64,000 bases of DNA from an uncultured virus (IMG/VR IMGVR_UViG_3300020020_000004). Its lineage: Duplodnaviria > Heunggongvirae > Uroviricota > Caudoviricetes. A model generated the notes under the pieces. The model worked only from the letters and a program-made list of their open reading frames with translations, had not been told where the DNA came from and ran no database searches. Of this stretch, positions 18,779 to 28,814 are shown one piece after another (position 1 is the first letter of the stretch; each line of letters opens with the position of its first letter). The translations under genes were made by a program, and so were the position numbers. The DNA is taken from the IMG/VR virus record IMGVR_UViG_3300020020_000004. One strand, 5' to 3'.

Positions 18779-20113
18779 ATGTGGCCTTTCAACCACCTCG
18801 TCAAGAAGCCTCCGAAGCGGGAAGCGTCCGAAGAGCCTGTCAGTCCGATCTTTACGATCGCTGGACAGCCAATTCGCTTTCTGTCCACTACGGCGGTGAT
18901 GGGGGCGGAAGAGGCTCAGCGCAGCATCCCGCAGTTATATCGTGTGACGCACCTTGTTGCATCTAGCGCCCAGGCTGTTCCTTGGTTCTGTGAAGTCAAC
19001 CCGTTGGTTGCCAAGAGCGAGCAGGCCAGTCCAAATCAGATCAAGGCGATCAACAGCCTTCTGATGTCTCCGAACGACAATCTTACTCCGGAGAACATGC
19101 GGTATTGGTTGACGCTCAACTTGATGCTTTATTCCCGTGTTCATTTCAAGGTAGGTGTCGGGACTGGTGGACTTCCGAATGGGATCTATCCTCTTGCCAC
19201 CAAGTACATGAAGGGGCTTCCGAATTCGCGCGGTACGATCGACACCTACATTTACGGCGAGGGGACGCAGCAAGAGCAGCGGTATCCTTCGAAGCGTAAA
19301 GCATCCCCGGGTGAATCGTATGCCGCTGAGATTAGCTTTCCGAGTCTCTCTGGCTTGATTGAATACAACAAGAGTCCAGCGGCTATCGAGTCGTTGATGA
19401 TTCCTTTGATGATTATCAAGTGTCTGATGCAGCGTGCGCTCGACACTGCGGACGGTCATCCAAATATTAAGTATGTGGTTACATCGGATAAGACTCTTAC
19501 AAAGGCGCAGGTCGATGCGCTTAAAGAGCATCTCGAATCTGCCGGTCCCGGTGAAGAGAATAGCGGAAATGTTCTTTTCCTCTACAATACGAAGATCGAA
19601 GTTCACACGCTCGACAATAAGATGGGCGATATTCATTCGAAGATTCCCCTTGACGACATGACACGCATTATCGCAGGCGTGTTCGGTGTTCCAGTAGCTC
19701 TCCTAGGATTGAGCAATGCGGACTCTGCAAAGTATTCGAACAATTATGAACAGTCCAGACTCGCGCTATGGCAAGATACTGTGGTTCCCACTTATATATC
19801 TCCTATGGCAGCTGGTCTCACTGCGTGTCTTTGTCCGTATGGTGCTAAGATTTCCTTCGACTATGATGCTATTCCTGCGCTATGGGAAGGCCGCGCGAAG
19901 CTCGGCCAGACGCTCAGTCACGTCAACTTCCTTACTACGGACGAGAAGCGCGAGATCCTCGGCTTTGAACCGGACAAGGATCTCCCGAAACTAATTGGCT
20001 CGACTACGTCTACGCCGATCCCGACTGACGGTGATACCAAACCTGAGGGTGAAGGCGAAGACGAGGATGAGCCCGCTGATAAAGCAACCCCTCCGCTCAA
20101 GCTCGTAAACTGA
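18779..20113 (+). CDS. Portal protein (HK97-like)
   Basis: LLMSPNDNLT, IAGVFGVPVALLG..AKYSNNYEQ, LTTDEKREILGFEP; position. Confidence 0.9.
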   Translation: MWPFNHLVKKPPKREASEEPVSPIFTIAGQPIRFLSTTAVMGAEEAQRSIPQLYRVTHLVASSAQAVPWFCEVNPLVAKSEQASPNQIKAINSLLMSPNDNLTPENMRYWLTLNLMLYSRVHFKVGVGTGGLPNGIYPLATKYMKGLPNSRGTIDTYIYGEGTQQEQRYPSKRKASPGESYAAEISFPSLSGLIEYNKSPAAIESLMIPLMIIKCLMQRALDTADGHPNIKYVVTSDKTLTKAQVDALKEHLESAGPGEENSGNVLFLYNTKIEVHTLDNKMGDIHSKIPLDDMTRIIAGVFGVPVALLGLSNADSAKYSNNYEQSRLALWQDTVVPTYISPMAAGLTACLCPYGAKISFDYDAIPALWEGRAKLGQTLSHVNFLTTDEKREILGFEPDKDLPKLIGSTTSTPIPTDGDTKPEGEGEDEDEPADKATPPLKLVN

Positions 20114-20124
20114 GAGATAGGTCC

Positions 20125-20907
20125 ATGACCATCAAGCATCACAAGCAGGGCGATCTGATTACCAAAGCCAACGAGAAGTACAAGTCTGGTGATCAGATCA
20201 ACCTCGACCTTTCGATGGAGCTTGCAAAGACCAAGTTGGAGAACCAGCCTGAGGGGTTCTTCGCTGGCATCGCGAGTACTCCGTCCGTCGACCTTTATGG
20301 TCACAAGGTCATGAAGGGGGCTTTCGACAAGTCCATCAAGCAGAAGGGCCTGATGGGTCCTCGTGGTGTGAAGCTTCTGGTCCACCATGACTGGAGCAAA
20401 CCCGCTGGTGTGATCTCGAAGCTCAAGACCGTGGGTGACAATCTCGAGATCGAAGGGCAGCTGAATCTGAATATCTCCTATGTCAAGGATGTTCATGAAG
20501 TCGCTGTCCAGAACGGCGGTCTCAACTTCAGTGTTGGCTTCACGCTGGATGACTTCGACTACGTCGATGAGGCGAAATCCGAAGACGGAGAGTACCTGAT
20601 CATCAAATCTGGCGACCTGATGGAAGTCAGTGTTGTGGTCTTCCCTGCCCAGCTTGAGGCGGAGATGACCTTCATCAAGAATCACGATACGATGTCACAG
20701 CTCGAGAAGGCTCTTGTAGCCAATGGGCTGTGTCGAGGCAGGCGCGACGCGCACAAGTTGGCGAACTACTTGAAAGCGAATTCGCATCTGTTCCTAGACA
20801 GGCAGCAACCTTCGGTTGAACAGCCTGGTGACGAGCATCCCCTGCTGGATGTACAATTGCTGCAACCAGTTCGCGATCAACTCGCCCGCATCAAAGCGAT
20901 GCTCTAG
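20125..20907 (+). CDS. HK97-family prohead protease
   Basis: LLVHHD, FSVGF, DLMEVSVVVFPA motifs. Confidence 0.9.
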   Translation: MTIKHHKQGDLITKANEKYKSGDQINLDLSMELAKTKLENQPEGFFAGIASTPSVDLYGHKVMKGAFDKSIKQKGLMGPRGVKLLVHHDWSKPAGVISKLKTVGDNLEIEGQLNLNISYVKDVHEVAVQNGGLNFSVGFTLDDFDYVDEAKSEDGEYLIIKSGDLMEVSVVVFPAQLEAEMTFIKNHDTMSQLEKALVANGLCRGRRDAHKLANYLKANSHLFLDRQQPSVEQPGDEHPLLDVQLLQPVRDQLARIKAML

Positions 20908-20920
20908 AAGGAACCCCGAA

Positions 20921-22363
20921 ATGACGAAGACCCGATTTATGGCCAGCCCCGCCATTGTGACCCGGGGCATGTACCTGAAGAAGGAAGCCCCGCTCGACAA
21001 GGCGGCGGCCGAGAAGGCACTCGAGCTGCTCACCAAGGAGCTCGGCGACATCACTGGACTGTTGACCAAGAATCGTGCCGAGACCGAGCAGCAGTACAAG
21101 GACCTTTCGACTCACTTCGGCAACGTGAAGGCCGACAACGACGAGCTGAAGGCGAAGGTCCTGAAGCACGCCGAAGACTACGCCGCTCTTGTGGCGACGC
21201 AGCAGTCTCTCACTCAGGCGCTTGACCAGGTGAAGAAGGAGCTCGATGCTCCGATCATCAAGGGCGGCAATGACCTCGTCGAGTCCGATCGCAAGGCCGG
21301 CGTCGAGTGTCAGAAGCGTGCCTTCCTCTTCAAGGGCGGTGCGGAAGACGACTTCAAGCCGGACATGAACAACCTCATCGACGCGTCCGCCTATCGTTCC
21401 GCCGTGCGCAAGATGATGGCGGTCGGCATCGAGTCGAAGTCCAAGGTCATCCGTACTCTGACGGAGATCGAGCGCAAGGCGTTCGATGCGTCGTCTCTCG
21501 ACAGCGCCTTCTTCTCGCCCGAGCTTCTGGGCATCGAAGTCGACTGCATCATCGAGTGTGCGGAGCTGCTGGATCTCTACGGCAGCGTGACGGTCAGCAA
21601 GTCGCAGTTCATGTACCCGCAGGTCATGGACTACGGCGCGATCGGCAAGTACGATTGCGATGCGAAGTGCGACGCCGAATACGGACCGGAAGGCAACATC
21701 CAGTTCAAGTCGGGTGCAGTCTCCGACTTCCGTGGCGTGTTCTGCTTCCAGCGCAAGGTGCTCCAGGAGGCCAACTATCCTCTGCTGGACTTCATGTTCC
21801 GTGCAGCGGCGCGCTCTTACCGCATCAATCGCAATCGTGCGTTGATGGTGGGCGACGGCATCAACGAACCGCTCGGTTGGTTGAACGCCAACTGCTTCAC
21901 CAAGAAGGCCACGTCGGTGCCGGCGGCTTTCAACCACATCGACTTCCGCCTGTTCTACGCCAGCTCGCCCGTCGAGTACGGCCCGGTCACCGCGGTGATG
22001 CACCAGAACATGTTCGCGTATCTGGCAGCGCAGGTCGACACCACCGGACGCTTCATCTTCGGTGATGGTCTGATGACCTACTCCCCGAACGACGTGCGGG
22101 AGAACATCCGCATCTCGAACTGTCTGCCCGATGCGACCGCTGGCCTGACGAAGGGTTCTGCGACTGCTCCATTCACCGCTGGCGATTTCCTCGTCGCCGC
22201 CGGCAGTTGGAAGCAGGCCTACTACATGGTGAACAAGCGTTCGCTCTGGATGGAGCAGTGGGAAGGTCAGTCCACCGCTTGGTGCGTCAAGTACGTCTTC
22301 GGTGCCGAAGACGGCGGCTTCACCGCGTGCTGCCCCGCAGCCCGTATCCTGAGCGTCGGCTAA
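20921..22363 (+). CDS. Major capsid protein (HK97 fold), Cys-rich
   Basis: N-terminal coiled-coil delta domain, ALMVGDGINEPLG; strong codon bias; AGGA RBS before ATG 20921. Confidence 0.88.
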   Translation: MTKTRFMASPAIVTRGMYLKKEAPLDKAAAEKALELLTKELGDITGLLTKNRAETEQQYKDLSTHFGNVKADNDELKAKVLKHAEDYAALVATQQSLTQALDQVKKELDAPIIKGGNDLVESDRKAGVECQKRAFLFKGGAEDDFKPDMNNLIDASAYRSAVRKMMAVGIESKSKVIRTLTEIERKAFDASSLDSAFFSPELLGIEVDCIIECAELLDLYGSVTVSKSQFMYPQVMDYGAIGKYDCDAKCDAEYGPEGNIQFKSGAVSDFRGVFCFQRKVLQEANYPLLDFMFRAAARSYRINRNRALMVGDGINEPLGWLNANCFTKKATSVPAAFNHIDFRLFYASSPVEYGPVTAVMHQNMFAYLAAQVDTTGRFIFGDGLMTYSPNDVRENIRISNCLPDATAGLTKGSATAPFTAGDFLVAAGSWKQAYYMVNKRSLWMEQWEGQSTAWCVKYVFGAEDGGFTACCPAARILSVG

Positions 22364-22405
22364 TCGCTGGCCCCACTCACCCACCTTTAACCGAACGAGG
22401 TTCCC

Positions 22406-22798
22406 ATGAACATCAACGTGGCCAGCCAGAACAATGGTCTTATTGCCTGGACTGGCTTGGCGAGTCGCCCGATCGACATCCGCCAACACATCAACTTCGC
22501 CTTCACCTTCGAGGTGACGGCGGATCTCGCTGCCGACGCTGTCTTCAAGGCTCAGTCGGCTCCCGCCAGCGATGCGGATCCTTGCCTCCCAGGTGCATTT
22601 ACCGACGTGCCGGAGGTGCTCACCTGCATGCAGTTCGGTCCGCCGGATCCGACCACGGGATTCGTCATCCCGTCCGGGACCAAGAAGGGAGCCATCTGTA
22701 CGGCTACTCTTCCGTGCCGGCCGGATGCCTTCGTTCAACTGGTCGGCACCGGAGCTGCCACAGTCCTGGCTGTGGCAGTTCTTGGAGGCCCCCGCTAA
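22406..22798 (+). CDS. Putative capsid decoration/minor capsid protein (paralogue 1)
   Basis: Immediately after MCP; Cys-containing; highly similar to next ORF. Confidence 0.6.
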   Translation: MNINVASQNNGLIAWTGLASRPIDIRQHINFAFTFEVTADLAADAVFKAQSAPASDADPCLPGAFTDVPEVLTCMQFGPPDPTTGFVIPSGTKKGAICTATLPCRPDAFVQLVGTGAATVLAVAVLGGPR

Positions 22799-22807
22799 GG
22801 AGCTGAC

Positions 22808-23224
22808 ATGAACTTGAATATCGCTTCTCAGCACCAGGGAGTCATTGCTTGGAGCGGCCTTGCCGCTCCAGTCAACCCTGGCATCGATATCAGGCAACAC
22901 AACGGGTTCTCTTTTACCTTTACGGTTGACTCTGATATCGCTGTCGATGCTGTGTTTGAGGTCAGGTCGGCACCTCCTCTCCCGACAGACAACTGCATGG
23001 GAGATGTTGCCAACGCCTCCGACATCCCGGAAGTTCTGATGTGTGCGATGCCAGGGCAAGTTGCTGCTCCGAAATCGCAGATCATCTTTCCTGCCGGTAC
23101 GAAAGCAGGTACCGTCTGCACCGCGACTCTTCCGTGCAGACCAGACGCCTTTATCAAGGTGTTTGCGGTCAGTGGAGACACCGGCCGGATCACGGTTGTT
23201 GTCGTTCTCTCCGGCCCCCGGTGA
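22808..23224 (+). CDS. Putative capsid decoration/minor capsid protein (paralogue 2)
   Basis: Shares IDIRQH, F.FTF.V..D.A.DAVF, PEVL.C, CTATLPCRPDAF, GPR with 22406. Confidence 0.6.
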   Translation: MNLNIASQHQGVIAWSGLAAPVNPGIDIRQHNGFSFTFTVDSDIAVDAVFEVRSAPPLPTDNCMGDVANASDIPEVLMCAMPGQVAAPKSQIIFPAGTKAGTVCTATLPCRPDAFIKVFAVSGDTGRITVVVVLSGPR

Positions 23225-23622
23225 GACGGACTGCTACCAAAGCGGTAAAAGTGCAGCCGGGCGATCAAATCGTCGTCCGTGCTGCTCTTCCTCCCAATAG
23301 CGGTCTTGCTCGATTATATGTCTGGATGAAAGAGTCTGGATCTAGTCAATTTTCGCCTTATGTTTTCGATCCTAATGCTCTTGCTCTTAATGGTCGGCCC
23401 ACCATGCTTCCAACGTTGAGTATGCGACTTGTTCCGCAACGTCCTGCTCATACGATCAGTTTCATGGCCGATAGTGAAGGTCAGGTTGTTATCGTTCAAG
23501 AGGTCGACACCTACGACGATAAGCTCGCCGATGTAGTCCTCGATCTCTATATGGGTAACCGATCGAGACTGGGTCGACTTAAACGGAGACTGATCGAATG
23601 GCCGAAGACAGTGAAACTCTAG
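23221..23622 (+). CDS. Hypothetical virion-module protein
   Basis: GTGA-coupled start at 23221 within ORF 23041-23622. Confidence 0.5.
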   Translation: MRRTATKAVKVQPGDQIVVRAALPPNSGLARLYVWMKESGSSQFSPYVFDPNALALNGRPTMLPTLSMRLVPQRPAHTISFMADSEGQVVIVQEVDTYDDKLADVVLDLYMGNRSRLGRLKRRLIEWPKTVKL

Positions 23623-23921
23623 TAGTTCGCATGCTCCGCGTTAGCGGGCGGAACAAAGAGATCCAATGGTTCGAATATCGACCCTCGTTCCTCGCAGATC
23701 TTGTGCGGATCGAGTGGGAACTTGACACAATGGATGTTGAAATTGATTCTCCCATTGCTGACTACTTGCTGCGCGCGGGCTATGCTGCACCCGTTCTCCA
23801 GGGTTCGGCCCCAGCAGCCGAGCCAGAACCTCCACCCCCTCCCATTGCTCCCGAGATACCCGCAGAGGAACCGCCACCTCCGCCTGCGCCCTCGTGGTTG
23901 AAACCGAACGGTGGCACATGA
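23598..23921 (+). CDS. Hypothetical protein with Pro-rich tail
   Basis: GGAG RBS; ORF track. Confidence 0.55.
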   Translation: MAEDSETLVVRMLRVSGRNKEIQWFEYRPSFLADLVRIEWELDTMDVEIDSPIADYLLRAGYAAPVLQGSAPAAEPEPPPPPIAPEIPAEEPPPPPAPSWLKPNGGT

Positions 23922-23934
23922 AAGGAGAACACCA

Positions 23935-24033
23935 ATGATTCCGGTTACTTGTCGCCCGGGTTGCGGTCCGGGGACCACGACTCCTCTTGCCGCACCTCCG
24001 TGCTTCACCTGCGTGGCGCCCGTCGTCCCGTAG
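23935..24033 (+). CDS. 32-aa Cys/Pro-rich microprotein
   Basis: Not in track; AAAGGAG RBS; MIPVTCRPGCGPGTTTPLAAPPCFTCVAPVVP. Confidence 0.65.
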   Translation: MIPVTCRPGCGPGTTTPLAAPPCFTCVAPVVP

Positions 24034-24179
24034 GTGAAATGACCCCTCTCTACTCCCGCCCCCCAAAGTAAGAGTAGGGAGGGGATCTCTTGGGTCACTG
24101 GCATTACACCGATCAGCAGGTCTCACGGGTAACTGTGAGACCACTCCCGCCGGCACCTATTATCTCAAGGGTAAATCCC

Positions 24180-24878
24180 ATGCTCCAGTTTAATGTAGAC
24201 GACGCTGTTCGCGATTCGTGTCAGGTCTGCTGCTGTGAGCAGGTTGCCCTGAGGCCCGGAACAACGTCACGGATTTCGATCAATTATGCCCCGTGGGCAG
24301 TTCCCATCGGTCGGCTGCATTGCCAGCCTCAGTTCGCTTTGGAACAGATGGCGGTGTGTAATGTTACGCCTGGCGCACCAGTAAAGGTCGGCGGAGCCAA
24401 TGTGGCGTTCGATACTCCTGTGAGCACGCCGCTTGAAGGCGATCTCACGGAGACGATTGAAGATCCTGACGGCGTTGAGCCGATGACCTTCAAGCTCGTT
24501 CCTTTTCAGGGACCCCATCATGGCGTAGTCACAGTTCAGAAGAATGGATTGTTCGAATACATACCCGAAGGCGGGTATAATGGTCCCGATCGGTTTTACG
24601 TCAGCGCCATTGACGTGACCAACAAAATGTCCATTTTCGAGGTCCTGATTGGTGTTGGAACAACGCTCTCCGATACCATGCAAGAGACACCTCACGTCAC
24701 GGTGGAGTCGTTCACCGTGAACTATGCTCATTACTTCGTCACAGTTGCAATCAGGGTCGCGCCGAACGCAGATCAATGCGAAGTGTGGCGTCTCACTGCC
24801 AACATGCAGGCGATCGATTGTAACTGTTCTTGTTACAATCGAATGGACTGCTTCGATATCAGAATGAGCACCTGCTGA
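24180..24878 (+). CDS. Cys-rich virion protein with Ig/cadherin-like domain (collar-like)
   Basis: DPDG...P.HG.VTV..NG.F.Y.P..GYNG.DRF Big-type repeat; CQVCCC and DCNCSC clusters. Confidence 0.6.
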   Translation: MLQFNVDDAVRDSCQVCCCEQVALRPGTTSRISINYAPWAVPIGRLHCQPQFALEQMAVCNVTPGAPVKVGGANVAFDTPVSTPLEGDLTETIEDPDGVEPMTFKLVPFQGPHHGVVTVQKNGLFEYIPEGGYNGPDRFYVSAIDVTNKMSIFEVLIGVGTTLSDTMQETPHVTVESFTVNYAHYFVTVAIRVAPNADQCEVWRLTANMQAIDCNCSCYNRMDCFDIRMSTC

Positions 24879-25573
24879 TGTTAAGCAGCCCCGCCTATAC
24901 TCTTACTCCGACCCCTGACCGCGTCGATCCTTTGAAAGAGGGTCAAGAGACTGCTGTCGACTGGGATCAGTATCTGAGTATGGAGATTATCCGTCTGCAC
25001 ACCAAGACGGATGATATTCCCGGGGTGACCGACGAACAATTGAAGCTCTATCGAAAGGCGGCTGTTGAGTCTGCAGAATTCTATACTGGTCTAACTCTTA
25101 CCAAGCAAAGGATAATCACCGAAATTCTTCCGATGCCGAAGCGTAGGCCTGGGCACGAATACCATGTCGTTAAACTCAAGAGTGCTTCGAGCGATGGAAT
25201 AGTCTACATCTACGGGGATAGTCGTAACCCCGAGACTATTCATATCACTCCGAATACGCGCAAAGTGCGGATGCAGTCACGGTTCTTCTACAATCCCGAT
25301 ATGAGTAACTGCTGTGACCCCTGCGCAGTTGCGACAAATGGACTCCGAATTATGTATCGAGCAGGATTCTCCTGTGCTGACCAGGTTCCTGCCGGAGTTC
25401 TTCTTGGTATTCTTCAGTTCATTGCCTGGGTTGTTGAGCATCCTGGTGATGAAGTTCTTAGCATGCGCAACACTCTTTCTGCCCGTGGTGGTGCGATTAT
25501 CGGAACCAACAATATTGCTCTGATCAGTGGTGCGTTGGAGTCCTGGCGCCAATTCGATCCTGAGGCGTTCTAG
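24878..25573 (+). CDS. Head-tail connector (gp6/neck 1-like)
   Basis: LYRKAAVESAEFYTG...YRAGF...VPAGVLLGILQ pattern; position. Confidence 0.7.
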   Translation: MLSSPAYTLTPTPDRVDPLKEGQETAVDWDQYLSMEIIRLHTKTDDIPGVTDEQLKLYRKAAVESAEFYTGLTLTKQRIITEILPMPKRRPGHEYHVVKLKSASSDGIVYIYGDSRNPETIHITPNTRKVRMQSRFFYNPDMSNCCDPCAVATNGLRIMYRAGFSCADQVPAGVLLGILQFIAWVVEHPGDEVLSMRNTLSARGGAIIGTNNIALISGALESWRQFDPEAF

Positions 25574-25995
25574 TGGCTCGGGTCAAGATCAGTGAATTGA
25601 AGCATCGTGTTGCAATCTGCACGATGAAGGATGTCGTTGTATCTGCAGACCGAATGGAATTGCGCCGTGAAGCTGTGGTGTGGACGAGAGCGAAGATTGA
25701 GCACCAGCAGCATCTGCCTTCATTCGTGTCAGAGGCAGGCTACGCGATCAAAGAATTGGCGACGCGTGGAACGCATCGAATTCGGCTTCGATCAACGTTA
25801 GGAATAGACTATACTTCAGCGGCCTGGGTCTACGAGGAATTCTTCAAGAGTCCTCCTCGTTGGTACAAGGTTCTTGGTTTCGTAGATGATACTCGGGGAA
25901 TGATCATGCTCGAATGTCATCTAGTCGAGAGCAGCGATACCGCTAAGCCGGTAGAGAGTGATCTTCAGCCCGAGCGTATGCAGGTGATCTTATGA
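25573..25995 (+). CDS. Head-tail adaptor/closure protein
   Basis: ELKHRVAI...WTRAKI...THRIRLR (SPP1 gp16-like). Confidence 0.7.
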   Translation: MARVKISELKHRVAICTMKDVVVSADRMELRREAVVWTRAKIEHQQHLPSFVSEAGYAIKELATRGTHRIRLRSTLGIDYTSAAWVYEEFFKSPPRWYKVLGFVDDTRGMIMLECHLVESSDTAKPVESDLQPERMQVIL

Positions 25996-26375
25996 TTGAG
26001 ATCAGCTTCAAAGAATGGGCTCCTTTCTGGGCGAAGCGCGACAAGGCAGCTTTCAAGCGTTGGCTCAAGGTTGTGGCTCAGGAGTCGGAGAAGGCCTTCA
26101 AGGGTGGGATGAAGTCCTATCCTTCTGCTTCGCGTCCAGGGCAGTATCCTGCTGTTCGTACAGGTAAGCTGCGAAGTTCAGTTTCATCCAGGGTCACCGA
26201 CAACAGTGTGATTGTCGGAAGTAGCACGCCTTATGCAGGATATCTGCGTTACGGTACGCGCAAGATGGCGCGTCGTAAGATGTCCGACAACGCCTTGAAA
26301 GAAGGTATGGCTGCTGCCAAGAAGCGCGCCAGTAAGTGGGTAGGCTGGTCCAAGGGTTCACCTGGAATTAGATAG
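25992..26375 (+). CDS. HK97 gp10-like tail completion protein
   Basis: PAVRTGKLRSS...VGSSTPYAGYLRYGTRKMARR. Confidence 0.7.
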   Translation: MIEISFKEWAPFWAKRDKAAFKRWLKVVAQESEKAFKGGMKSYPSASRPGQYPAVRTGKLRSSVSSRVTDNSVIVGSSTPYAGYLRYGTRKMARRKMSDNALKEGMAAAKKRASKWVGWSKGSPGIR

Positions 26376-26971
26376 TGGACGCCATCACCCCAAAAGATGC
26401 GCTTCCTAAGGTAGAGACCCGTCTCTTGCCTGCTCTAGCAGCGGCAATTGCAGAATGGTTTCCTGAGTTGGGAGGTCGCGCAATGGCGGTCTCCGAAAGC
26501 TCAGTAACGAAAGAGAATATCCCGACGCTCCCTCTGGCTGTGACTGCTTTTGTTCGCAGCGTTGGTGAGCAGAGTGTGACGTCCCGTCAGAGTCAGTTTG
26601 AGATCACAGATCACTTTATTGTTGAGTTCTGGTTGCCTCCAGAGAAATACAAGCGTTCTAATGGAACTGAAGCGCCTTTCTGGAGCTACTACAATTACGA
26701 AGCGATTCGCGATAAGCTTCTGACGCATATGGCGACTTGGCAGGCGCCTCGAAATGCTCGGATTGCTTATCGAGCTTTAGATACCGAAGCGGATCAGTTA
26801 GCTGTGACGTTGACGTTCGGTTTCGTAGCTGCTATCAATTGGAAGGCTTGTATCGATCGGCCTCCAGATATGATAGTTACTGGTATTGATTTTCATCTTT
26901 GTACTCCAGCCAGTGAGTGTTGTGTTCCGGAATGTTTCGACCCCGTCCCGTGTGAAGACCCCTGTCCATAG
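26375..26971 (+). CDS. Putative tail terminator, Cys-rich C-terminus
   Basis: Position before sheath; ends ECCVPECFDPVPCEDPCP. Confidence 0.55.
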   Translation: MDAITPKDALPKVETRLLPALAAAIAEWFPELGGRAMAVSESSVTKENIPTLPLAVTAFVRSVGEQSVTSRQSQFEITDHFIVEFWLPPEKYKRSNGTEAPFWSYYNYEAIRDKLLTHMATWQAPRNARIAYRALDTEADQLAVTLTFGFVAAINWKACIDRPPDMIVTGIDFHLCTPASECCVPECFDPVPCEDPCP

Positions 26972-26977
26972 GAGATC

Positions 26978-27202
26978 TTGATGGCCATGATCTATGTGCG
27001 TACCAAACCAGGCCGCAAGGCCTTCTTTCAGGGAAAAGTGATCCCTCAGGATAACTTTATTCCTGTTCCAGATACTCCCTATATTCGTCGGCTTGTCAAG
27101 GTATGGGGAGATCTCGACGTCCAAGGCGGCGACGAGAAGCCGAAAGCAAAGGGAGCTTCGCCGGCCTACGCTCCGCCTGCCCCGCCGAAATCTGCCGCGT
27201 AA
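26978..27202 (+). CDS. DUF2635/Mu gp38-like small tail protein
   Basis: YVRTKPGR...VPDTPYIRRLV..GDL immediately before sheath. Confidence 0.6.
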   Translation: MMAMIYVRTKPGRKAFFQGKVIPQDNFIPVPDTPYIRRLVKVWGDLDVQGGDEKPKAKGASPAYAPPAPPKSAA

Positions 27203-27242
27203 ACCCGTCCTTCACTGGACTTCATTCACAGGAGACTGACTT

Positions 27243-28772
27243 ATGTCAATCGACAGTCTGCGGTCCGGTGCAATCCGGATTTGTTTCGATCCCTCGCTCA
27301 ATGCCTATCCGAATCGCTGCCGCATTCTGGTCGAGGGTCAGATGCTTGATACCGGTACGGCAGAGGACGGTGAACTGATCAAGATGCCGTCGCTGAAGGA
27401 TTCGGATCTGCTGTTCGGCGAAGGCAGCATCATCGCAGAAGGCCTCAAGACAGCGTTCATGTGCTGCCCCGAAGGGGCGATGGAGTTCTACGCTCTTCCG
27501 TGGAAAGACGTCACTGTCGGCGCGTCCGTGAAGGCGGCCTACACGGTGACCTTCACTGGAGTGGCGGAGAGCGATGGTCGTGCGGATCTGTTCCTGGTCG
27601 ACGGTCGCTACAACACCTCGACGCGCGTTCACGAGGGCGACACGGCGGATGAGATTGCCACCAATGTGGCAGTGGATCTCAACGCCACTCCTGGTCTGCC
27701 ATTCGTTGCTGTAGCGGCTGCTGGTGTGATCACGTTGACGGCCAAGAATGCGGGTACCGTGGGCAACGCTATCACCATTATCTATAATTGGCATCAGCGT
27801 CGTGGCTACGCTCCAGTCGGCGTTGAGGTGGTGACTGCTCAGAGCGTGCAGGGTGCCAATATCGCATTTGTGGTGCCGGACTATTCGGCGATCCTCGGAG
27901 AGTGCTGCTACTGCTGCATCGCGATGCTCTATGCCGACGATGACTGGCAGGATGCGATGATTGCTTACATCGCGTCGGCCTGGGACTGTTCGAAACCTCA
28001 GTGCTTCGGCCACGGCTACACCTACAACTATGGTACGTTGGGGCAGGTTCTCGCCTCCGATACCAACTCGGCGGAGGTCAGCCGCATCGCTCACTGCTTC
28101 AGCGATCCGGTCGCCGGTTGGCAGAAGGCTGCGGCATACGCGGCGCATTCGTGCTGCGCAACCATCGACAATCCGGAGTTGAATATCCAGGGACCGAACT
28201 TCGGTGTCCTCGGATGCCTCATTCAGCCGGAGAGCTGCTTCCAGTGCTTCACGTTCGAAGAGCAGCAAGTCCTTCAGGAGTCTGGCTTCGTTGTGACTGT
28301 TCCGCTCCAGGGCGGTACCGGTCTGATGACCAGCCCGATGGTTGTCAACGACGTGACGAATAACCGTTACGACGAAAAGGGTCGTTTCAACGCTACATGG
28401 TGGGCTGTCAGCAGCCGTCGTCTTGCTGCGGCGACTGCGGACCAGGCTGCTATCCAGCTTGGGCGCGTTCTGGGACTTGGTTTGTACACCAAGAACACCA
28501 CGATCCCCGCCGGCGTGCGTGGTACCAACCCGAAGCTCATCCTCGGTGCATTCCGTAGCTGGGCGAAATCGCAGATCGGTATCCTTTTCTCCGAGTTCGA
28601 GGATATCGACAAGGATATCAAGTTGTTGACGGACTTCGAGGTTGCTCCGAAGTGTCAGGGTATCCCTGGCAAGCTCTGGATCGACTTCGTTTATCGTCCG
28701 CCGGTCCGTATCACCAACATCATCATCAACGCCAAACCGTCGTTGCTGACCAACTGCGATCGCCCCTACTAA
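27243..28772 (+). CDS. Contractile tail sheath protein (Mu gpL-like)
   Basis: LFGEGSII, GDTADEIA, LPFVA...VITLTAKNAGTVGN; 509 aa before tube gene. Confidence 0.88.
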   Translation: MSIDSLRSGAIRICFDPSLNAYPNRCRILVEGQMLDTGTAEDGELIKMPSLKDSDLLFGEGSIIAEGLKTAFMCCPEGAMEFYALPWKDVTVGASVKAAYTVTFTGVAESDGRADLFLVDGRYNTSTRVHEGDTADEIATNVAVDLNATPGLPFVAVAAAGVITLTAKNAGTVGNAITIIYNWHQRRGYAPVGVEVVTAQSVQGANIAFVVPDYSAILGECCYCCIAMLYADDDWQDAMIAYIASAWDCSKPQCFGHGYTYNYGTLGQVLASDTNSAEVSRIAHCFSDPVAGWQKAAAYAAHSCCATIDNPELNIQGPNFGVLGCLIQPESCFQCFTFEEQQVLQESGFVVTVPLQGGTGLMTSPMVVNDVTNNRYDEKGRFNATWWAVSSRRLAAATADQAAIQLGRVLGLGLYTKNTTIPAGVRGTNPKLILGAFRSWAKSQIGILFSEFEDIDKDIKLLTDFEVAPKCQGIPGKLWIDFVYRPPVRITNIIINAKPSLLTNCDRPY

Positions 28773-28814
28773 TTCACCCGCGCTGAGGCGCATAGTTTCG
28801 AGGAGACAACACCA

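Noticed and set aside
20891..23059. 722-aa antisense ORF (also 27246-28904 and 19918-20685)
   Set aside because: Shadow of strongly codon-biased capsid, sheath and protease genes; no motifs.
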